This document shows positions 56,106 to 64,000 of a DNA stretch of 64,000 bases, one piece after another. The notes under the pieces were generated by a model. It did not search any database and was not told the DNA's origin. It was given only the letters and a program-made list of their open reading frames with translations. The stretch lies in NCBI GenBank assembly GCA_012295275.1, contig CM022666.1, positions 12,090,001 to 12,154,000 on the forward strand, in the 5' to 3' direction. The position numbers were made by a program, and so were the translations under genes. The DNA comes from Chrysomallon squamiferum. Taxonomy: Eukaryota; Animalia; Mollusca. The stretch's first letter is position 1, and each line of letters begins with the position of its first letter.

Positions 56106-59100
56106 GTATAGCCTACATATCCATTCTCAAACACTGCAACATTATATATATATATTTCTTATTTCTAAATTTACATCTAACTTAAATCAGTAACATTTTC
56201 ATCGCGTGTTGCATACATTCTGTATAAACTGAATAGCCAGAGAGTATTATATACATTTAAACACAATTGGTGGAAGCATGTCTTTTTGAAGAAATGTGAA
56301 TGAATGAAAAACTATTTCTGTGCATTACACATAGCAAAACATGTTTTGAATTGTCTGAATATTGGAAACAGACTGAAGGTGAGGTAAAACATGCAGGAGA
56401 GAGTAATGTTACTCAAGAGTCACACCACGGAAAACCCACTCCCAGAGCAATACAGAGTCAAAAACAAGTCTGCTTAATTTTAACCTTCAGCTAAATCCTG
56501 GGACAAGAATTATGAAGTTTATACCTTCAGCTACAGAAATTATATAGATATATATTATACAAAATGTAAATATTAAATAAATAAACAAATAAATAAACAA
56601 ATAAAATAAAAATTACTTGACTGGTAAAAGAAATACACTGTCGTATATTGTTATTGTTGTTATTATCTTTATTATTATTATTATTATTAACTAAAGATTT
56701 CACAAATGCTGAGGAAAACACATTTTAAACTAAGATGTTATTTACAGTGATATTTAATTAGATACCATGAATTAGTGTAATGAATTAGAATTTAAATATA
56801 TTCAGATTAGCTAGATTTTATTAAAATGTCCTTTTAATGTAAAGTATTTGCCAGTGTAAACCTCTACGAACGCCAGGTTAACTAAAAGATGAATTCGACT
56901 TGTCTGTTGCAGAATTCCACTCAGACACCTAATGACATACTGCTGACAGTTTTAACTTGGGTGGAGCAACATTTAATGAAACAGGACACTAATAAAATTA
57001 AATCCATTCATTAAATAAATGAAAGTTATTTTTCTTGTTTATAAAGTTAGATATTTGCCAAGATTTTGATTACAGATGTGTTATGCAACAGACAACAATT
57101 TTGAGGTTTTTTTTATTTTTTTTACAAACAAACATATTTTACTTTTTCATGCCTCAGACCTCAGGTATTTAATTTATTTTACATTGGCTCAAGTTGTTTT
57201 TAATTTGTTCATATAAAGTCCAGCTTCATTACTAATTTTTAATCTCTCTATTGAGACCATCTTCAGAAATATTTCCAAATTTTAGTTAGATGACACCAAT
57301 ACAGTTTGGTTATATTCACAGAGCTTTAGCTAACCAATCTGTTTTCATCTTGTTTGTGAGTTGAAGATTTTCATGTAGAAAGTAATTTAAATTTCTTCTT
57401 AAAAAAAAACAAACAGTTTATCAGTAACCTAGAACTGAGAAACCTGCTGTGTTCAGTGTTTATGAGATGAGATTTCAAACTGATTCGCTATCTGTTCTCT
57501 CTGCAGACTGCCAAACACGTTTTTATTCAAAAAGAAAACAATGTCTGTATCTTGCAAGAAGATGAAAGGTAATTCAGAACTGAGCTGTGTCAAAGGACAT
57601 GCCTTTGAACAAATATTTTTACCTGTGTCAAAGGACATATAGATTATATGGACGCAATACAGCTAGACTGACAGACAGACAGTTTGGTAGAAAGAAAGAA
57701 GATGATATACGAGACACTGGTTGAATTATGAAACAACACTGTGAGAATACAAAGGATTGATCCTGCAACCTCTCACTCCTCACACAGTTCTACACAGTCT
57801 GCTGTAACCAGTGTGTGGTGTGTGAAGATATCACTAGAAGAGATCTGTGAGACTGGGAGCTGTTTCCTGTGTGTAAACAGTGCTTGCTGAACGATAACCT
57901 GATACTCACACTAGTATGTGTGTATGTATCTATATATACACACAGTATACTGCTTGCAACATACTCTGATATCATCATTACTCACTTAATACATAACATG
58001 TTATTCTGCGGATTCTGTTTCTATTCTATTCAAGAGAAGAAAAAAACTGATTACTTTTTGTGTGATTACAGATCTAGAATTTCAGAAAAAATGGATACTG
58101 TCATTTTGGGGAATAAGATTAAAATGAGTTTTGTTAAAGACAAAATAACATTTGTTAGTAACAAAAAAAACACAAAAAAACAATATATATATATATATAT
58201 ATAGGAGCTGATTCAGTGTTTGTTGACTTATTTTAAAAGTCTGAAATTGGAAAACTAAATAACTCCTTGCTGAAAACAAGTGAAAAAGGAAAATAAAGAA
58301 TTGTTACTGTGATCATATAAAACAACATAAAACAACATATGAACACAGCTAAGATACTGACTGTTTGTGATAAATCTGAGTTTATCATTAAGAGATGTTT
58401 GAAAATAAACATCTCAGCAGTTTATTATGATGATTAAACACATTTTTAAAAACTAGGCTGAGTATTTAGCAGATGTTAAAACTAGGTCAGATATGTAATA
58501 ACACACATATTCAACGAGTTGGTGTTTGTTAATGAATGATATATGAATGGTCAGATGCAGACCACAGATATCCTGTTTAACTCAGTTCACTGACATCACA
58601 GTAAATTTAGTTTCAAACAGCCAGCCTAGCCTGCCTCTCAAACCACAAACGGTTTGGTTCTTGTTGCAGGAACCATGGCAGATTATCAGTGATGTGTACC
58701 AGATGTCTAACATCAGTCAACACTTTGCCCCGCTGCCCACTTCCACCTGATGACTTAGCAGTCTGCAACAGACCACTGTCTGACTCAGTGGTTTAGGGCG
58801 TTTTCACATTCACTGGTAGAGAAACATAAACTCTCAGAGTGTGTGATATGTGAGTTATTCAACTTTCCGCTGAAATGTAATAAATTCTGTCACACAAATG
58901 TTATCTGCTGAAATCACTTCCAAGTTTCACATAACATACAAAAAGAAATGTGGATTTTGTAACAAGAGATAATATTCAGTGATAATGCTCTAGGAAAGCA
59001 TGTAAATATGTAGCAAAGTGTAGCCCTGTGAACTTATAGTAATATTATAGCAATGTATACTACTGTATTTTCAAAATCTATGTTGCTACAAGTTTTACAT

Positions 59101-59659
59101 TTTTTTGTAGCGTGTTATTGCTGAATGTTACAATTACTACAATAAAATTCACAACATAGCCAAGAATAACCATCTTTTATTATATATCACTTTATTTTAT
59201 TCAGCCTAAAACAGGACACATTATCAAGTGTTTATCCAAATCAAATATTACTGATTACTGCCTGAATCAGCTAAACTGGATCTTTTAAGCTGGTGTGTGT
59301 GTGTATTTTTTATAAATATATATGTGTTTTATGTATATACATATATGTATGTATATCAGAATGTTTGTATAAAATAAACAACATAATTACATCTGTATAT
59401 GTTATAACCACCCAATGTTTGAAAGTCTCTGAAAACATTAGAAATCTTTTACTAAAAATATAGTAACCAACCACATCACTAAAACCAAAAATCATCTTGC
59501 ATAATGAAGCAGCCCATCAAGAGTCTGCAGAGAAAACACAGCAGTTTGATGAGATCTCAGCTCTAATCTTAACTGTTTCAATCAACACTTATATATCTGA
59601 ACTGGTGGCATGAAGATAACAGACTGAGTCATTAAGAAAACCATCTGTCTCACCAAGGA

Positions 59660-59730
59660 GAAGTAAAGAAAAAACATTCTATTTAATGACGCTCACCAAA
59701 CTTTTATAATGTGCAGTTAAATATTATAAA

Positions 59731-59768
<38 letters not shown>

Positions 59769-59868
59769 TCAGAGAGGAAACACACTTTTCACATATCACT
59801 GGCTACTCTTTTTTCATTAGCACAACATTTTTTTGTGTTATCTTTCCATAAACTGAAAAGCACATATA
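59660..59868 (+). mobile_element. Possible highly decayed short interspersed repeat (SINE/MITE-like) with internal (AC)n
   Basis: Motifs TATTTAATGACGCTCA...GAGAGGAAAC...GGCTACTCTTT...ATTAGCA...GCACATA resemble, from memory only, an abundant gastropod interspersed repeat. No terminal repeats or TSDs were established. Confidence 0.3.
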
Positions 59869-62800
59869 AATGTCATTAATATATTCAAAGATATACTTCA
59901 GTGCACATAGCAGTTCTTAATGCAACAGTGCATCTATTAATTCTGAGATGTATACTTCAAGGTAATACAATATTTCTCAAAAATATACTAGTTTATGCAG
60001 TAGTTCCCAGAAATGAGTGTAGTTGTTCTAAAAAAGACAAAAAAAAAAAGTAAAGTGCATCTGGTGTGAAAAGTACTTCAGTACATGTAATCTAATCTAA
60101 CAAGAACAGCCTCTTTGTGCTAATGGTCTCACACCTCAGTTTGAGATTTGTGGGAGGTATTTAATGACAAGTAATAAAATACATCTAGGTTAAACACACT
60201 CAGGCCATATGTGCTATGAAGGTGAGAACCAAGTCTTCCAGAAATCTGGGAAAAAATTCTTCAGTTAATCCTTCCTAGTGAAACTCAGTTCAAAATGAGA
60301 ATTAACTTGTTGTGGCATGCACCAGAGATGTATTGTATAACCAGTAGCTCCTGGGTATCAAATATCCTTACTATGTGACATTAGGTATCTCAGAGTTGAA
60401 ATAAATGGAACCGGATGTAAACCAGACATTTCACATACAAAAAAAATTAAACTGCATGAAACATTTTCTGAACAACATTAAACTTTTGAAGGTGCACTTT
60501 TAATGATGTTAAAAATACCTAAATGCTTTGTTATAAGTGGTTGTTGATTTTTAATTTTTTATTTTATTAATTTTTTAAAAACAAAAGTAAATTAGTAAAA
60601 CAGAATTGGTATTTCTTTTGTGACTGCTCATTATATAAATAAATACTAAGAATGCACCACATTTCAGTAACCTTTCAAAACATATGCAATTCTGTTTTAA
60701 CCATGTAGTAAAAAAAAAAATTAAAATTGTATTTCTTATAAATATTTTCAATATTTTGTGGTATCTGTTTGCAAGTTATCAATACTAGGTTGTACACAAA
60801 ACACAGTTTTCAGTTATTTTACAAACAATTCCAAAAACATTTTGACTACAAAGATCAAAGACATATCCTGGTGGAATGTACGGCAGCAGTCTGCAAAGCC
60901 TGCAGGTTCGGGGAGATGGCCCAGATCTCAAAGAGAAGTTTCCTGGTTTTCAGCCAACTCAGCCATCTTCGACCACAGAGCCACAGCTGCCAGCCATATC
61001 TGGTTACCATGGCACCCAAATAACTCACTGTATTCCCCCCCTCAACTCTTCATGTCTTCCCATTTGAAATCCTCTCCATGACCAGAATAACATGTAGAGT
61101 GGTTTGTGTGTCTATCACTGCATGTGAATTTCAGACTATGCCATGGTTTATATATTACTTATATATATAAACTAAGTTATGAAAATGTCACTGTACAGTC
61201 CAAGCAGGGAATATGATAAACTATTTATTTGTGTTGTTTAAGTTTGTATATGATCTAAGCAGCGAATATAAACAGTTTTTCTTTGTATTTAATATATAAA
61301 ATGAGTATTGATAAAATTATTACATGTTCTAAACAGTGAATATATAAACTCTTTATATAAGCATTATATATATTAACAGAGTAATGTTAATGTCAGTACA
61401 TGAACTTCAAATAATTTCAAAGAAACCCTTACATTTTATAATCAACTAACAGCTAGTAAATTTAGTAAAATGTACATTTTTTAATCAGTAGGCAAAAATG
61501 TACTGAAAAATATTTTTCCAAATGTTTATGTTCTTGTAGATTTATCAGATATATGTAAAACAAACTCATTATAACAGAAAAGAGTTACAAAACTGTCCAC
61601 ATACTGATCTCAGTAAATAAAATTCATTGTCTTCCGTTTTCTTTTACATAAATGTCTTTCTATATATATAAATACAAAGAAATAGATACTTTTGCTTTGT
61701 TTCACATATACATGATGTGTGTGTGTTTATTTGAATGTACATGCATTATTTTGGCTCATTCTTAACTATTAGTCTTGAAACTTGTTTAAACTTAGATTCA
61801 TGACTTAGACTTAAAGAGGTTTGCAAGAAAACACATATTGCTAGTTACAGACCGAACATTATAAAAACTGTTCTGTGAGGTTTTGTGATCTAGGTAAGAC
61901 TGAAATTCAACTCCGCTCAGTGTGAGTAAGATTGAGTGATGAGTCAGCTGTCTGAGCTGAGAGCAGCCTTTGTTAAGATATTTACCACCAGATGTCACTT
62001 TTCAAAATAACCAAAGTCAGTGGTTTTTACACTATCAGAAATCAGCAGGGTAAAAACCTACTGTGTACTTTCCCTTTAAAAGCAAATGAACTTTGACATG
62101 GACTTTCTCTAAACAAGGAACATTTTTGATAATGAAATAAGCAGCACCAGAGAAATAGAAAACGGGGCAAAAAAAGCATTTTAGAGAAGTTTGCAAAAAA
62201 GTGATCTGCACTTTTAGTCAAATTTACTGAAGTAATAACTAATACTTCTAATTAAGACATCTGTGTTTAATATTCACCGACTGTTTAATATTCACTGACT
62301 GTTGTAGAACAATCACAAGATTGTTGTGATGCATGAAACCACAAGCAGCATACCACTGAAGCATACAGAAGTATCTGTGTTAAATCTATTTCCCACACAG
62401 GAAAGAACTGACTGGTGGAAGTAGGAAATACTAAACCACTGAAGTAGTCAGTTACAATCTGGCTCCAGTTATCTCTTTATTGCTAAGTCCAAAAAGGTGA
62501 CTAACATCTACACTGATTTGCAAGCTTGAGTACTGCACTCAGAAATACATTAAGTCAATTAAGTATTATAATCATTACACAACTAAACAAAAAGCTTGTA
62601 ACTGTTGCTCCATGAGTTATTCCTAATCAGTTTGAATGATTTATTTATCTGTTGTTCCGTTTTCTTATTATTATTTTTTCACTTTTTATTTTTATTTATT
62701 CTTAGAAAAACTCAAAATTTCTATTATCTATAATGCAGTTTCCTTGGCTTATTGTGTACCAGGAAATTATTACAAAATATTTTAAAATTGCCTGTTTTTA

Positions 62801-64000
62801 CATCATTCTTTATTTTGGAAGTTTCATTTCTTCATTAGGCATTATATATGTATATAGTATGTGTGTGTGTGTGTGTGTGTGTGTGAATATAACACACAAA
62901 TATACATACACAGATACTATTACATATATTTATATAAGTATCTGTGTATATATATATATATATATATATACATAAATATATATATATATAGCATACAGTG
63001 GATAAAGATGGGTTTATGAAGGGATTTGTTTTTCAACTGATGTCAGAATATTTCAAACTGTTAAAGGATGCTGTGCCCCCTCATTAAACAGTAAGATAAG
63101 CACATACCTGTTACATACTTAAATACTGATGCTATATTTTGTTGCACTATTTTCTGAATCTGGAGAGTTTCTGATAAAGCCAATTTGGGATACTAACCAA
63201 AATTCTGATTCAACCCCTCTGTTTGTTTATGTTACCTTGTAAACAACTTGGACATTTTTATCACTGTAACAGGTGACCTGTCTCATGTCCAGTCAAAGGT
63301 TCTAGAAGTAAAGCAAATGTCTGTGTTGCCATGGGAACATGATTTATCTTTCACAACAAGGAGAAGCCATCATCATATTGTGAGAGAAATCCAGACTCAG
63401 TTTGGAAGGGTATTGTCAAATGATAACAAAATATAACTAATGACAAAATTGTTGTTATTTTTATTTTTTTTTTTTTTTTTTTAAAGCTTTATATGGAATA
63501 ACAGAACTGTTTTTAGGAAAGATGTTAAGAGAATTTTCTTCTGATACTAAATTAGTGATGATTGCTTTTGTGGACTCAAACTTTACTTCAAAATGAGTAC
63601 ATAGGTTTGATATCATATTGTACATCTTAAAAGTGAATATCTACTTTATCATGTATTAAAACATTACTCAAACAGTTAGCCACATTCAAAGGAAATGTCA
63701 CTAAGTAAAATGAAAGATTTTTTTTTGTGTGTGTTTTTTAAAACTGAAACAATCTTTATTACATCAGGAACAAAATTATACAAAATTAATTAAAACTGTT
63801 TTAAGACAAATAAAATATCTGGATATATATATAGATATATGTTTAAAAAGAAAATTCAATTCAACAAAACAGCCTAGGGTCATCTAAAACAGGTAAATGC
63901 TTGTGTATTCAACTTTCAGTATAATATGACTCTTGTTGTAAATTAAAAAAAAAAAATCACTGAAAAGAGCTGAATCTGATCCCTTCACTTTGTGTCATCA

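Noticed and set aside
60758-61081. Three overlapping plus-strand ORFs in a GC-richer patch
   Set aside because: No recognisable domain or exon chain; stop-poor only because of local GC content.

Overview
AT-rich, CpG-depleted, intron-rich animal genomic DNA. An invertebrate, plausibly a mollusc, is inferred from composition and protein similarity and is not proven. Two convergent spliced genes fill the window. (1) On the + strand, a complete U2 snRNP-associated SURP-motif protein gene (U2SURP/SR140): 24 coding exons, 863-19264, about 912 aa, with RRM, SURP, CID, cwf21-like and RS regions. (2) On the - strand, a 5'-incomplete type IV collagen alpha2-like (let-2/COL4A2-type) gene: 38 coding exons, 49676-24496, about 1764 aa from the N-terminal/7S region through NC1. 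No signal-peptide exon was found, so 49677-64000 is probably one long 5' intron. I traced all exons by hand and the phases close without frameshifts. The most unusual signal is a set of tandem duplications straddling splice junctions. The clearest is an 8-unit ~99-bp array in U2SURP intron 20 that copies the 3' splice site and creates six potential in-frame 18-nt AG...GT microexons; three smaller cases occur in the collagen gene. There are also candidate autoregulatory (poison-exon and structured 3' splice site) elements in U2SURP intron 10 and a non-helical N-terminal RGD in the collagen. No prokaryotic systems, RNA genes or intact transposons were seen, and most short ORFs in the track are microsatellite or antisense artefacts.
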